This document shows, one piece after another, positions 12,032-22,205 of a stretch of DNA of 64,000 nucleotides. Each line of letters starts with the position of its first letter. The stretch's first letter is position 1. The notes below the pieces were generated by a model that did no database searches, was not told the origin of the DNA, and saw only the letters and a program-made list of their open reading frames with translations. Source of the DNA: Patescibacteria group bacterium (GTDB lineage Bacteria > Patescibacteriota > Patescibacteriia > 2-12-FULL-57-11); contig SCUL01000001.1 of the NCBI GenBank assembly GCA_004297205.1, positions 29,862 to 93,861 of the forward strand. The letters are read 5' to 3'. Both the position numbers and the translations under genes were made by a program.

Positions 12032-12421
12032 TCAGGAGACGTGCGCCAGGATTTTGCGCACTTTGGCGACGGTGTCGGCGGGAACGAAATGGGCCTTGAT
12101 GAGGTAATCCACGGCACCGCCCTTGAGGCCGCGCTGGACGTCCTCCTTCTGGCCGAGGTTGGTCAGGATGACGACCGGAATGTGCTTGGTCGCGGCGTCC
12201 TTCTTGAGTTCGTCGAGCACTTCGAAGCCGTCCATCTTCGGCATCAGGACGTCCAGGAGGATGATGTCCGGCAGCTCCTTGCGCGCCACCTTGAGTCCGG
12301 CCAGGCCGTCGCCGGCCGAGAGCACGTCAAAGCCCTCCAGGGAGAACTTGGTGGTGTAGATGCCGGCCAGGAAAGCGTCGTCTTCGACGATCAGCACCCG
12401 AAATTTTTTCTTTGCGGCCAT
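12032..12421 (-). CDS. Stand-alone response regulator receiver
   Basis: VEDD, LLDVLMPKMDG, ILTN, DYLIK. Confidence 0.92.
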   Translation of the reverse strand: MAAKKKFRVLIVEDDAFLAGIYTTKFSLEGFDVLSAGDGLAGLKVARKELPDIILLDVLMPKMDGFEVLDELKKDAATKHIPVVILTNLGQKEDVQRGLKGGAVDYLIKAHFVPADTVAKVRKILAHVS

Positions 12422-12430
12422 AGAAACGGG

Positions 12431-14191
12431 TTATTCGGTGTCCTCTTCCTCGCTGATGCGCAACACTTCTTCAACGGTGGTGATGCCGGCCAAGGCCTTC
12501 AGGATACCATCCTGCTTGAGCGAAATCATCCCTTGTCGGCGCGCTTCGGCGCGGATCTCGTCGGGCTTGGCGCCGCTGCTGATGATGCGCTGCAAGTCGC
12601 GGCTCACCGGGAGAATCTCGGCAATCGAGACGCGGCCCTGGTACCCCGAGTCGCCGCAGGTCTTGCAGCCCTTCCCGGCATAGAACACCAGCTGCCCCTC
12701 GATGCTGACGCCTTCCGGCAGCAAGCTGGCGGGCACGTTTTTCAGGTCCTTGCGCAGCACCTCGACGACCTCCTGCGGGATGTCGGTCGGGGCTTTGCAG
12801 TCCTTGCAAATGCGGCGTGCCAAACGCTGGGCGATGCCGACGTTGATGGTCGCGGCGATCAGGAACGGCTCCACGCCCAGGTCGACAAGCCGCGGAATGA
12901 TGCCGAAAACGTCGTTGGTGTGGATGGTGGAGAAGATCAGGTGGCCGGTCAGCGCGGCATGGACGGCCAGCTCGGCCGTTTCCTTGTCGCGGATTTCGCC
13001 GACCATGATGACGTTGGGGTCCTGACGGAGCAGGGCGCGCAGACCGGAGGCGAAGGTGTAACCGATCTCCGGGCGGATCTGCGACTGGTTAACGCCCTTG
13101 ATGTAGTACTCGACCGGGTCTTCCAAGGTCACGATGTTCTGCCCCTCGGCGTTCATCATGTTCAGCGTCGTGTAGAGCGTCGTGGATTTTCCGGAACCCG
13201 TGGGACCGGACACGAGCACGAGTCCGTGCGGCTGGGAAATTTCCTTCTTGATGATGGCGATGTTTTCCGGACGGTAGCCGAGCTGCTCCAGCGTCGGCAC
13301 GCCGACGGACGTGTCCAAGATACGCATCACGACCTTCTCGTTGTCGACGACCGGGATGGTCGACACGCGGAAGTCGATGACTTTGCCGCCCAGCGTCTGG
13401 GTGATGCGGCCGTCCTGCGGGATGCGCGTTTCGTCCAGCTTCAGGTTGGCCATCACTTTGACGCGGGAGACGACGGCGCCATGGATATAGGCGGGCAGGG
13501 TCAGCGAAGTGCGCAGCACGCCGTCGACGCGGTAGCGGACGCGCGTCTGCTTCCCGAACGGTTCGACGTGGATGTCGGAGGCGCCCTGTTCCACGGCGGC
13601 GCGCATGATGACGGACACCATGCGGGACACCGGTGCGCCCTTGATGACCTCTTCCATCGTGCCTTCGGCGGCTTCGGCGGCCTTGCCCGGGCCCTTTTCG
13701 AACTTGCCTTTGGCGATCTCCAGGGCCTTTTCGACTTCCTGTCCGAATTCCTCATAGCGGCGCAACGCCGCGGCCAGACTCGATTCCGACGTCACGGCGA
13801 GACGCGCCGTCATCCCCTTCCCTTCCGCGTAGAAGGTCACGGCCTGAACATGCGCGTAGTCTTCCGGATCGGCAATCGCCACGGACAGCTGGCTGCCGTC
13901 GACGGCATAAGCCACGGCGCGGTGCGCTTCGGCGATTTCGCGCGGCACCAGTTCAATCACTTCGCGCGGGATGTCCACGTCGCGCAGGTCGACGTAGGGC
14001 AGGCCGAGCACGGCGGCGCGGGCGCGGGCCAGCGCTTCTTCCGGAATGCCGGAGTCCTTGAGGATGCGCAGCTCGTCCGCGGGTTTTTTGGCGATATCGG
14101 CGCGCACCGCCGCGATTTGCGCGTCGGTGGCGTCTCCGGCGCGCTTGAGCGCGTCCAGAAGCGGCGAGGGTTGTGCGGGTGCAGCGGGCAT
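12431..14191 (-). CDS. pilB: Type IV pilus assembly ATPase (GspE/PilB)
   Basis: ASDIHVEP, GPTGSGKSTT, EDPVE, LRQDPNVIMVGEIRD, CxxC..CxxC. Confidence 0.96.
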   Translation of the reverse strand: MPAAPAQPSPLLDALKRAGDATDAQIAAVRADIAKKPADELRILKDSGIPEEALARARAAVLGLPYVDLRDVDIPREVIELVPREIAEAHRAVAYAVDGSQLSVAIADPEDYAHVQAVTFYAEGKGMTARLAVTSESSLAAALRRYEEFGQEVEKALEIAKGKFEKGPGKAAEAAEGTMEEVIKGAPVSRMVSVIMRAAVEQGASDIHVEPFGKQTRVRYRVDGVLRTSLTLPAYIHGAVVSRVKVMANLKLDETRIPQDGRITQTLGGKVIDFRVSTIPVVDNEKVVMRILDTSVGVPTLEQLGYRPENIAIIKKEISQPHGLVLVSGPTGSGKSTTLYTTLNMMNAEGQNIVTLEDPVEYYIKGVNQSQIRPEIGYTFASGLRALLRQDPNVIMVGEIRDKETAELAVHAALTGHLIFSTIHTNDVFGIIPRLVDLGVEPFLIAATINVGIAQRLARRICKDCKAPTDIPQEVVEVLRKDLKNVPASLLPEGVSIEGQLVFYAGKGCKTCGDSGYQGRVSIAEILPVSRDLQRIISSGAKPDEIRAEARRQGMISLKQDGILKALAGITTVEEVLRISEEEDTE

Positions 14192-14556
14192 CAGGGAGCC
14201 GGTTCGGGTTCAGGAACGGCCGGCGCGGGCACTTCCGGCTCGGGCGGCGGCGCCGGCTCCTCCGCCGTCGCTCCCTCGGCGAGCCGCTCGGAGGCGGCGC
14301 CGGTCGCGTCGCGGAAGGGGTTGGCACGGCCGCGCACCGGCGGCGGCTGGACGGCGGCGGGCGCGCGCAAGGCGCTGAAGCGGGCATCGCGCAGCACGGC
14401 GGCGTCGAGCGTTTCCGGACGGCGGATCGGTGCGGCGTCCGGCGCCGCGCTATCGCGCAGGAAGAACCACCACGTGCCGAAGACGGCCACGGTGGCCACG
14501 GCGACGAGCAGCAGGATCAGCACCGGCCGGGAAAGTTGTGCGGAAGGTGCGGCCAT
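14191..14556 (-). CDS. Small single-TM pilus-locus protein (PilP-like position)
   Basis: N-terminal TM, GRANPF motif, located between pilO and pilB. Confidence 0.6.
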   Translation of the reverse strand: MAAPSAQLSRPVLILLLVAVATVAVFGTWWFFLRDSAAPDAAPIRRPETLDAAVLRDARFSALRAPAAVQPPPVRGRANPFRDATGAASERLAEGATAEEPAPPPEPEVPAPAVPEPEPAP

Positions 14557-14557
14557 A

Positions 14558-15151
14558 TCAACGGGCCAAAAGATGGTACGTCCGCAGGTTCAGGCTGTAG
14601 GCGCCGGATTGCTGGAAGGCCACGGCCGTCACGTCGAACAGCCGGAGACTCCCCTCCAGGTTGCGCACGAAGGCCTTGAGTTTGGGATAGTCGCCGCCGG
14701 CCAGTGAAACGGCCACGTCGGTGCCGCCCACGGACGGCAGACCGGCAATGCTGTCTTTGCGCGGATTGGTGTCGACGGCGAGCATCTGGAGACCGGCCAG
14801 GCGCGACAGCTCCTCCAATGCGGTGATCACGGCCGGGACATCCGCTTCCGACGGCAGAAACCGCTCCAGGCGTTCGGTGTCGGTGCGCGAGAGCGCCGCG
14901 AATTGCCGCTGCAACGCTTCGAGTTCGGTGAGCTTGGCCTCGCGCTCGCCGAGCGCGGCCCGCTTGGCATCCACGTCGTATTTTCCGCCGTCACGGAAGG
15001 CGGCAAACACCGGGTGGACCAGACCGAAGTAGCCGGAGGCGAGGATCGCCAGGGCGAGCACCACGGACACGCCCGGCCAGTTGCGGCCGACGGCGTCAAG
15101 CGCCGAGGGACGGCGCGGCGCGGCTTTGAGGGGTCTGATGGGAGCGGCCAT
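14558..15151 (-). CDS. pilO: PilO-like alignment protein
   Basis: TM + coiled coil + LPSEAD + G.Y..L..FV..LE...RL.DV. Confidence 0.8.
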   Translation of the reverse strand: MAAPIRPLKAAPRRPSALDAVGRNWPGVSVVLALAILASGYFGLVHPVFAAFRDGGKYDVDAKRAALGEREAKLTELEALQRQFAALSRTDTERLERFLPSEADVPAVITALEELSRLAGLQMLAVDTNPRKDSIAGLPSVGGTDVAVSLAGGDYPKLKAFVRNLEGSLRLFDVTAVAFQQSGAYSLNLRTYHLLAR

Positions 15152-15166
15152 ATCCTTAAGGACGGG

Positions 15167-16207
15167 TCAGCGCGGAGTGGACGACGCCGTGGCGGCCGGA
15201 GTGAGCAGGGTCGGCGCCAGGGTCAACGTCATGGTGAAGCGCACCCCGCGCACTTCTCCGTTCGGGGCGACGTCGGCGGTCATGCCGCCGGCCTCGACGC
15301 CGCTGATCATGCCGGTCGAGGTGCGGAAGACGACGATCTGCTCGGCGGCCGCGGCGAAGGATTCCGCCAACCCGTCGAGGGTGACCGTGCCCACGGATTC
15401 GCTGCGCAGCTGGGTGAAGGTGACGGTCGGAATGGTGTTGCGTTCCAGATAATCAAAGAAGCGCGTCCACTGGATATGGCCGTCGAGGAGCTTGCGCACG
15501 GCACCAAGCTGCCGGCCGGCACGGCGCGTGCTGACGAGGTTGGCGTCGGCTTCGGCGATGCGGGCGTCGGTCTGGGCGATGACCGCTTCGACGTTTTTGA
15601 TCTCGGCGGTGCGCTGACCGGCCATGGCCCGGGCCACGCCGTAGCCTGCGGCCACGGCGATCACCGACACGATACCGACGGCCACGACGATGCGCAGACC
15701 GCCGCGGCTGCTCTTGACCGGCTTGCCGCCCTCTTCCGGAATCAGGGAGACGCGCAGCACGTGGTCGCTGCCGGCAGGCACGGAAAATTGCGGTCCGGTT
15801 TTGGTTTTGGCCGGCGGGGGCGGCGCAGCCGGCGGTTTGGCGGGCGGCGTCGGTTTCGGGGGGGGCGGCGGCGGGGGCGGCGCAGCCGGCGGCAACGGTT
15901 GCGGCCGGGGCGGTTGGGAAACGGCCGGCGGAGCGCTCATGGCCAGCGGCTTCGGCCCGGGCCCGGGCGTGGCGATCGGCGCGGGCTTGGTCGGCGGCTT
16001 GGCGATCAGCGGCTTCGGCTTGGCGCGGAACAAACGACCAAAGAACCCCGGTTGTTTGACCGGCGTTGCTGCGGACGGAGGCGGGGCGGCGGGCGCGTTC
16101 CCCGGGACGTACAGGGCGAATCCGGGTTTGTCCTTGGTGCGCTTTTTGCGTTCCTCCTCTTCTTTTTTCTTGAACTCCTCAGGAAGGAGCGAAATGCCGT
16201 CAGCCAT
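15167..16207 (-). CDS. PilN-like protein with a long Pro-rich cytoplasmic N-terminus
   Basis: ISLLP and VSLIP motifs, TM, coiled coil, LLDGHIQW; lies between pilM and pilO. Confidence 0.7.
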   Translation of the reverse strand: MADGISLLPEEFKKKEEEERKKRTKDKPGFALYVPGNAPAAPPPSAATPVKQPGFFGRLFRAKPKPLIAKPPTKPAPIATPGPGPKPLAMSAPPAVSQPPRPQPLPPAAPPPPPPPPKPTPPAKPPAAPPPPAKTKTGPQFSVPAGSDHVLRVSLIPEEGGKPVKSSRGGLRIVVAVGIVSVIAVAAGYGVARAMAGQRTAEIKNVEAVIAQTDARIAEADANLVSTRRAGRQLGAVRKLLDGHIQWTRFFDYLERNTIPTVTFTQLRSESVGTVTLDGLAESFAAAAEQIVVFRTSTGMISGVEAGGMTADVAPNGEVRGVRFTMTLTLAPTLLTPAATASSTPR

Positions 16208-16248
16208 CGGTGCGACGGTCAAGAATCACGAGAGCAGTATAGCACGTC

Positions 16249-17310
16249 CTATTCAATATCACGCATCGCCAGGCCCACAGCAACGCTGAAGCGAGCGCCG
16301 ATCTGGTCCAGCACCGGCCGCAAATCAAGCGGGTAGACAACGCGGGCCCAGGGATCGCCGACGTAGGTCTTGATGCCGATGGTCGCGCCGATGGCATCGG
16401 CCAGCCGCGGAAACAACGCCGCGCCGCCGGTCAGGATGATCTTCTCGATCTGCCGCGGCGTTTCGTTCTGGCCGGCGTAGAGGTTCGAGGAGTAACGGAT
16501 TTCGTTGAGCAGCATGGTCAGCGCGCTGTCGAACATCTTGGGCAGGCCGACGTCCGGCATGATCTCGGCCACGGCCTGGGCGTCGATCTTCATCTGCTCG
16601 GCCTGGGAGAGCGGCACGCGCATCGTCTCCGACATGGCGCGGGAGAGCGCCAGGCCGCCGAGGTTGAGCGAGCGGGACAGGAACGGGATGCCGTTCTGCA
16701 CCACGACGATGTTGGTGCGCAACGCGCCCATGTCGATGATCATGACGTTGGCGCGGTCGCGGCCGATCAGCGAGCGGATCAGCGCGAAGGCTTCCGTCTC
16801 CAGCGACAGCAACTGCAGCCCGGCCAGCTTGAAGACGTCGATATATTTCTTGACCAGCGATTTCGAGGCGCCGGTCAGCAGCATGCGCGAGTAGTTGGCC
16901 TTCTTGGCCTCGCCACCGGCGTCCGGAATCGGCGTCGTCTCCAGGATCATCTCCTCGAGCGGCATCGGAATGAGTTTTTTGGCCTGCAGCTCGACCGCGG
17001 CGGACAGCGCTTTGCCCGTGGCCGCCGGCACGGTCACGACCGACGAAAAGACGGACGAGACCGGCAGGCCGGAGACGACTTTGACGGTGCTGGTTTTGGC
17101 GCGCTTGCAGATTTCCCGGAGCAACGCCGCGGCCGCGTCGGGCTTGTCGAGCAGGCTCTCCCCCACTTTGGCCACCGGATGCTCGGCAAAACCGTACGTC
17201 AAAAGCTTGGCGCGTCCTTTTTCGTTCATCAGTTCGACGACTTTGATGCCGCCGGCGCCGATGTCGATGCCGAGGTAGCTTTGCTTGGCGGGTTTTCCGA
17301 AGAGGGCCAT
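16249..17310 (-). CDS. pilM: Type IV pilus assembly protein PilM
   Basis: GIDIG..IKVVE, IIDMG, ILTGG, AVGLAMR. Confidence 0.95.
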   Translation of the reverse strand: MALFGKPAKQSYLGIDIGAGGIKVVELMNEKGRAKLLTYGFAEHPVAKVGESLLDKPDAAAALLREICKRAKTSTVKVVSGLPVSSVFSSVVTVPAATGKALSAAVELQAKKLIPMPLEEMILETTPIPDAGGEAKKANYSRMLLTGASKSLVKKYIDVFKLAGLQLLSLETEAFALIRSLIGRDRANVMIIDMGALRTNIVVVQNGIPFLSRSLNLGGLALSRAMSETMRVPLSQAEQMKIDAQAVAEIMPDVGLPKMFDSALTMLLNEIRYSSNLYAGQNETPRQIEKIILTGGAALFPRLADAIGATIGIKTYVGDPWARVVYPLDLRPVLDQIGARFSVAVGLAMRDIE

Positions 17311-17339
17311 GCGTGGAAGATTCGCCCCGAGTATATCAC

Positions 17340-19340
17340 CTATCGCGGCGCGACGTCTGTGAATTTCGGCAGCGACGACACCACGTCGGCCATGCCCGGT
17401 GGCGGATTGGCCACGGCCCGACCGTCATACGTGATGCGTTCCGCAGGCTCCCCGCCCGCGGACGCGGCGCGTTCGAAGTTGAACTGGCGCGCGATCATCA
17501 AGCCGCCGACCTTCAAATGCTGGGTGCTGCCCGCGCCGGTGTAGACCGTGCCTTCCACGTAGTACGTGCCGACGATCTGGCTGACGCTCGCTTCCGACAG
17601 GCTGACCACGGCCGGCACAAGGACGGCCCCGCCCGCCGCGCGCTTGTCCACCACGATCACGCCGAGGGACGCCAGGTTGCGCAGCGTCCCGCCGGGCGCG
17701 CCCGCAGCGTAGCTCAGGTCGGCGTTGATGCTGAGTTTGCCTTCCACGAGGATGAGTCCGGCGCCGCTGCGCGTTCCGGCGGCGTTGCGGAACGCGCGCA
17801 GCGCGTTCACGTCAAGACCGTCCGGGAAGTAATAAACGCGGCCGTCGAGCACGTCCGGCACCTCGTTCCATTCGTCGGGCTGCAGCGTGGTGACGCGGCC
17901 GTAGGCGCCGCGCTTGATCCCGGCGATGTCGAGGCGGCCGAGCGGGCTGGCGTAGTTGGAAGATGCCGTCGGCAGCAGGAAGTCCTCGGGGTTCGGCACC
18001 GGGTCGCAGCCGGCCGTGCCGGAACCAGCCGCACCGCTCTGCACGACGAAGTTGACCGGCGCTCCTCCGCCGGCGGACACCAGGCAGAAGGTGGCGTTGG
18101 CCTGACCGGCGGGCGGCGGGTTCTCGGCGCGAATGCCGCGGCGCGAGTAAATATCCTCGAACAGCGCCTGCAGCCATGGCGTGTAGACCGGCTCGCAAAA
18201 CGTGGGGTTGCCGTCGCCGTCGACCGGACACTGGTTGGGATCGGCCGTCGGCATGCAGCGCAGCGCGTTGTCCACCTGGCAGATGCCCGGGCACCACGGC
18301 GCGCAGGAGGAGTCGAGGCAGTCGATGTCGCCGTCGACGTCGTTGTCGTTCACGTCGGAACAGGCCACCTGCTCCAGGCCGGCGCCGAAGACGAAGGCTT
18401 CTTCGTTTGCACAGACGCCGACGCCCAGACAATCCGTGTCCGCGCAGTCCACGCCGGAGGTCGGCTGGTCGTCGTAGTTGCCGAAGCCGTTGTCGACGTC
18501 GTTGTCCACGCCGTCGTCGCAGACGAGTTCCGTCGAGGGGCAGCCGTAAGCATCCTGATGCCAGCAGGTGTCGTTGTCGGCATCCAGCAGGTTGTCGGCG
18601 CAGTCGGTCCGGCCGTCGCCGTCGTTGTCGTTGGTGTCCGTGCACTCGGCCGGGGACGATTCGGGGCCGCAGGTGACGCCGCCCGGACCGGCCACGCCCA
18701 GGCAGTCGGTGTCCGCGCAGTCGACGCGGCCGTCCAGGTCGTTGTCGAGGCCGTCGGCGCAGAGCGTCTCGTTGGTCACGAGCGTGGCCGTGGAAAAATC
18801 GATCCAGCCGACGCCGGTGCCGTCGTCGTTGCCGTTCCAGGCGAACCCGGTGACCGTGCCGGTCCCCAGATTCATGGTCACGAAGTACTCGCCGCAACCG
18901 ACCGGTCCGCTGTTGTCGCAGTTCAGGGACACCCAACCGCGGCCCTTGAGCGACGGGATGTAGGCCCAGCCATGCACCTCATAATCGGCCGCCACCCAGG
19001 CGTAGACGCTGCCTCCGGGTTGCGTCGGCGCCGAGGCGTACGGGTTGCAGGTCTGACCGAAGCACATCCACCCCACGTTCTTGGACCAGGCCCAGCCCTT
19101 GATGCTGTAGCCGGTGGCGCCGCCGTACTGCCCGCTCACGGTATCCGCGATGTCCACGCCGTACTCCGGCGGACAGCCGCCGCCGGTGACGCAGTTCACG
19201 GAAAACCAGCCGACGCGCTCGCTCCACAACCACCCGCGCAGCCGGTCGCCGTCCGAGGCTCCCGCAGTCGACGCAAAAACCGCCGTGCCGAGCAGCACGA
19301 GGGTGCACGCCAACAATGCGGTGCGCCATGTCCTCCGCAT
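17340..19340 (-). CDS. Secreted Cys/Asp-rich surface protein (GWAW repeats + CxDGxDND repeats)
   Basis: Signal peptide; G(W/F)(A/L)(W/Y)...GW repeats; four C.D..DND.D...DC repeats; -10 box 6 nt before ATG 19340. Confidence 0.75.
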   Translation of the reverse strand: MRRTWRTALLACTLVLLGTAVFASTAGASDGDRLRGWLWSERVGWFSVNCVTGGGCPPEYGVDIADTVSGQYGGATGYSIKGWAWSKNVGWMCFGQTCNPYASAPTQPGGSVYAWVAADYEVHGWAYIPSLKGRGWVSLNCDNSGPVGCGEYFVTMNLGTGTVTGFAWNGNDDGTGVGWIDFSTATLVTNETLCADGLDNDLDGRVDCADTDCLGVAGPGGVTCGPESSPAECTDTNDNDGDGRTDCADNLLDADNDTCWHQDAYGCPSTELVCDDGVDNDVDNGFGNYDDQPTSGVDCADTDCLGVGVCANEEAFVFGAGLEQVACSDVNDNDVDGDIDCLDSSCAPWCPGICQVDNALRCMPTADPNQCPVDGDGNPTFCEPVYTPWLQALFEDIYSRRGIRAENPPPAGQANATFCLVSAGGGAPVNFVVQSGAAGSGTAGCDPVPNPEDFLLPTASSNYASPLGRLDIAGIKRGAYGRVTTLQPDEWNEVPDVLDGRVYYFPDGLDVNALRAFRNAAGTRSGAGLILVEGKLSINADLSYAAGAPGGTLRNLASLGVIVVDKRAAGGAVLVPAVVSLSEASVSQIVGTYYVEGTVYTGAGSTQHLKVGGLMIARQFNFERAASAGGEPAERITYDGRAVANPPPGMADVVSSLPKFTDVAPR

Positions 19341-19357
19341 GGCATCAGTATACCACG

Positions 19358-19771
19358 TCAACGCGCGAGATGGGCGTCGATGGCTTTGTTGACCTCGGCG
19401 TCCGCCTCCGTGTTCTTCTCGCGGCGGACGTGGTGGAAGGTCACTTTCTTAAAACCGGTTTTGACGTTATGGATTTTGAGAAAAATCTGGGCCAGGCCGG
19501 GGTTCTTGACCTTGTACTCCCCGTTCATCTGCTTCACGACGAGCTCCGAGTCCATGCGCATCTCGACCTCCTCCGCGCCCAAATCTTTGCAGCGCTCGAG
19601 TGCCGAGAGCACGGCCGAGTATTCGGCGATGTTGTTGGTCTGCCTGCCGAGGTAGCGGCCGTACGCTTCGATCGTCTCTTTCTCGTCCTTGATGACCACG
19701 CCCAAAGCGGCCGGCCCGGGATTGCCCCGCGCGCCGCCGTCGGTGTAGGTGATGAGTTTCTTATGGGACAT
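19358..19771 (-). CDS. rnhA: Ribonuclease HI
   Basis: [34 protein letters not shown]. Confidence 0.95.
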   Translation of the reverse strand: MSHKKLITYTDGGARGNPGPAALGVVIKDEKETIEAYGRYLGRQTNNIAEYSAVLSALERCKDLGAEEVEMRMDSELVVKQMNGEYKVKNPGLAQIFLKIHNVKTGFKKVTFHHVRREKNTEADAEVNKAIDAHLAR

Positions 19772-21515
19772 GGGGCCGCAGATCAACGATCTTCAACTGC
19801 AATTCGCTCTTGCCGTTCCATTCGTTCGTGCCGAGCGTGAAGGCGACGTCAATGGTATCACCACTTTTTAACCGCGTCGCCCACTCCCCCATCCGGAAAC
19901 CGATGGTCCGACGCACCGTGCCGTCCTCGCCGCGCACCGAGAGGCGCAGGTGTCCGCCGTCCTTCCCGACCACGCCGAACGAGTCGACGGTGACGCGCCG
20001 CGCCAGAAAACGCGGCTCCGGATTCTTTTCGCCGAACGGTTGGAAGCGTTCCAACGCTTCATGCAGTTCCCAACCGATGTCGGCCAGGCGCACCTGCGCG
20101 TCGAGATGCAACGTCGGCAGCAATTCGGCTTGCGCCAGGAGGGAGGTGGCATGCGCGCTCATCCGTTCACGGAACATCGGAAGCATCTCCGGTTTCACGG
20201 TGAACCCGCAGGCCTGAGGGTGACCGCCGTACTTCACGAAGAGTTCGGGCATGGCGTTCAAGGCCGTCATCATGTCGAATTCGGGGATGCCGCGGCCGCT
20301 GCCGACCCAGCCCGTTTCTTTTTTTCCGAGCGCGAACGTCGGCCGGTAAAACTGCTCGGCGATGCGCCCGGCGACCAGCCCGACGAGTCCGGCCGGCCAG
20401 TCTTCGCCGGCCACGACAATGGCGTGCCGCTCATCCTGCCGCTCATCGACGACCTGCCGGCGCGCTTCCAGCATCATCCGCTCGACCGCTTTCTGGCGGT
20501 CCTTGTTCAAATCCTGCAGCCGCTGCGCGAACGTCGTCGCCTCATCGTCATCCTCCGCCGTGAGCAGCCGGAAGGCATCTTCGGCATGGTGCATGCGTCC
20601 GGCGGCGTTGATGCGCGGACAGATCTGGAAGGCCACCGTCTCGCTGTCCACAATCTTCGGCTTCATCAGTCCCAACTTGTCGATGTGACCGGTCAGCTCG
20701 AGCAGTTTGCGCATGCCCGGGCGGCGATGCTTGTTCAGCACCACCAGCCCGTACTTCACGATGGCGCGCGTTTCTCCCAAGAGCGGGACCACGTCGCCGA
20801 TGGAGCTGATCGCCGCGAATTCCAGCAGCCACTTCTCCCAGCCGAGCGGCATGTCGGCGGTGCGCTCGGGAAACTTTTTGCGCGCTTCGCTCAACAGGGC
20901 GCAGGCCAGCTTGAAGGCCACGCCGCCGCCCGCAAGTCCCTTGTCCGGATACGTTTCTCCGGGCACCAGCGGATGAATGGTGGCGTGTGCCTCCGGCAGT
21001 TCCGCTGGCATGGCGTGGTGATCCGTAATGATGGTGTCGATGCCGAGCTCGTTGCCGCGGGCGATCTCCGCGCGGTTGGCGATGCCGCAGTCGCAGGTGA
21101 TCATCACGGTCGTGCCGCGCGCGGCCAGCATCTCCACGGTCCGCGTGATGATGCCGTAGCCGTCATCCTCGCGGTGCGGCAGGAAGACGTCGATCACCGC
21201 GCCCAGTTTTTTCAAAAGGATGTAGAGGAGCGCCGAAGCGTCCACGCCGTCGGCGTCGTAGTCGCCGTGGATGGTGACGGTCTCACGCTTCTCGATGGCG
21301 CGCATCAGCCGGTCCACGGCTTTCTGCATGTCGCGGAATAGGAACGGATCGTGCAAGGCCGTGGCGTACTGCGGATCCAAAAACGTCTCGGCCGCCTCGG
21401 GCGCGGCGATGCCGCGGCGGTACAGCAAATCGACCGCCACCGGATGCCACCCCGCAAACCGTTCACGCACCTCGCTCGGTGCGGGGTCCGCCACCTGCCA
21501 TCGCCGTTCGGCCAT
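19761..21515 (-). CDS. recJ: ssDNA-specific exonuclease RecJ
   Basis: GDYDADG, DCG, TDHH, PRINAAGR, GSGR, GGH. Confidence 0.96.
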   Translation of the reverse strand: MAERRWQVADPAPSEVRERFAGWHPVAVDLLYRRGIAAPEAAETFLDPQYATALHDPFLFRDMQKAVDRLMRAIEKRETVTIHGDYDADGVDASALLYILLKKLGAVIDVFLPHREDDGYGIITRTVEMLAARGTTVMITCDCGIANRAEIARGNELGIDTIITDHHAMPAELPEAHATIHPLVPGETYPDKGLAGGGVAFKLACALLSEARKKFPERTADMPLGWEKWLLEFAAISSIGDVVPLLGETRAIVKYGLVVLNKHRRPGMRKLLELTGHIDKLGLMKPKIVDSETVAFQICPRINAAGRMHHAEDAFRLLTAEDDDEATTFAQRLQDLNKDRQKAVERMMLEARRQVVDERQDERHAIVVAGEDWPAGLVGLVAGRIAEQFYRPTFALGKKETGWVGSGRGIPEFDMMTALNAMPELFVKYGGHPQACGFTVKPEMLPMFRERMSAHATSLLAQAELLPTLHLDAQVRLADIGWELHEALERFQPFGEKNPEPRFLARRVTVDSFGVVGKDGGHLRLSVRGEDGTVRRTIGFRMGEWATRLKSGDTIDVAFTLGTNEWNGKSELQLKIVDLRPHVP

Positions 21516-21558
21516 AGTGGGCGCATCCTAGCAGAGCCTTGAAAAAGCCGCGTTGGGG

Positions 21559-21591
21559 ATAAAAAAGAGAGGCCGCCCCGTAGGGTGCCTC
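21559..21591 (-). terminator. Intrinsic terminator of cassette ORF 21590-22057
   Basis: GAGGCACCC..GGGGCGGCCTC followed by TCTTTTTTAT. Confidence 0.65.
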
Positions 21592-22057
21592 AGGCCGCGC
21601 GCTCGACCAGGAACTGGCCGACGGCGTTGGCGACGATGACCGCCTCCGGGGCGCGGATCTCGCCCAGGCTCTTCTGGGCAAGCACGCCGCCCGTCAGCCG
21701 GTCGTAGACGCCGTCCCACTGGAACAGCCGCTCCGACAGCTCGATGTGCAGCCGCCAGATCCCGGTCTTGAAGTGGAGCAGCAGCAGCCCGAGGCCGTCG
21801 GTGCGCGCCGGCCTCCCCGGCGTCATGTCGCTCACCGTGATGCTGAACTCGCACTCCTCCGGCTTGGTGCGCGGAGCGGAGCACCCCAGCGTCACCATGA
21901 AGTTGCCGACTAGGACGTTCTCCGTGAAGCCGCGCATGGTCCTGTCAGGCCCGGGGCCGAACAGTCCGATGGTCAGGCCGGCGTCCCGCGGTCCGGCCCA
22001 GAGCGCCGCACGCACCGCGCGGACTTCCTGCGGTACGTTGATGTCGTCTCGATGCAT
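21590..22057 (-). CDS. Hypothetical protein (cassette-type ORFan)
   Basis: SD GAGGAGG before MHRDDINV; own promoter and terminator. Confidence 0.65.
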   Translation of the reverse strand: MHRDDINVPQEVRAVRAALWAGPRDAGLTIGLFGPGPDRTMRGFTENVLVGNFMVTLGCSAPRTKPEECEFSITVSDMTPGRPARTDGLGLLLLHFKTGIWRLHIELSERLFQWDGVYDRLTGGVLAQKSLGEIRAPEAVIVANAVGQFLVERAA

Positions 22058-22073
22058 GGACCCTCCTCGCTTT

Positions 22074-22102
22074 CCCCTATCACGTTGAAGCGTCCGCGTC
22101 AA
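22074..22102 (-). promoter_or_regulatory. Sigma70-like promoter
   Basis: TTGACG-N17-TAGGGG with a TG extension. Confidence 0.5.
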
Positions 22103-22103
22103 T

Positions 22104-22205
22104 CTAGAACCGGAAGAATGGCAGGAGCATGCCGACGACGGTCATGAGCGCCACGAGCAGCACGAAGAAAACCTTGGCAGCGTGGAACAGCTGTTTGCGT
22201 TTCAT
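22104..22205 (-). CDS. 33-aa single-TM microprotein coupled to lepA
   Basis: MKRKQLFHAAKVFFVLLVALMTVVGMLLPFFRF*; ATG overlaps the lepA TGA; below the ORF-track cutoff. Confidence 0.7.
   Translation of the reverse strand: MKRKQLFHAAKVFFVLLVALMTVVGMLLPFFRF

Noticed and set aside
15800-15910. G-rich run as a G-quadruplex antigenic-variation signal
   Set aside because: Explained by poly-Pro codons of the PilN-like gene; no silent pilin cassettes nearby.
18300-18780. GTCGTTGTCG-type repeats as a CRISPR array or DNA repeat (also near 29450-29650)
   Set aside because: They are coding Asp/Cys repeats with no constant repeat-spacer period; no cas genes.
22097-22102. TTGAC as an IS200/IS605-type target motif
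   Set aside because: More simply a -35 box given the fixed 17-nt spacing; no TnpA/TnpB or subterminal hairpins seen. Kept only as an untested possibility.
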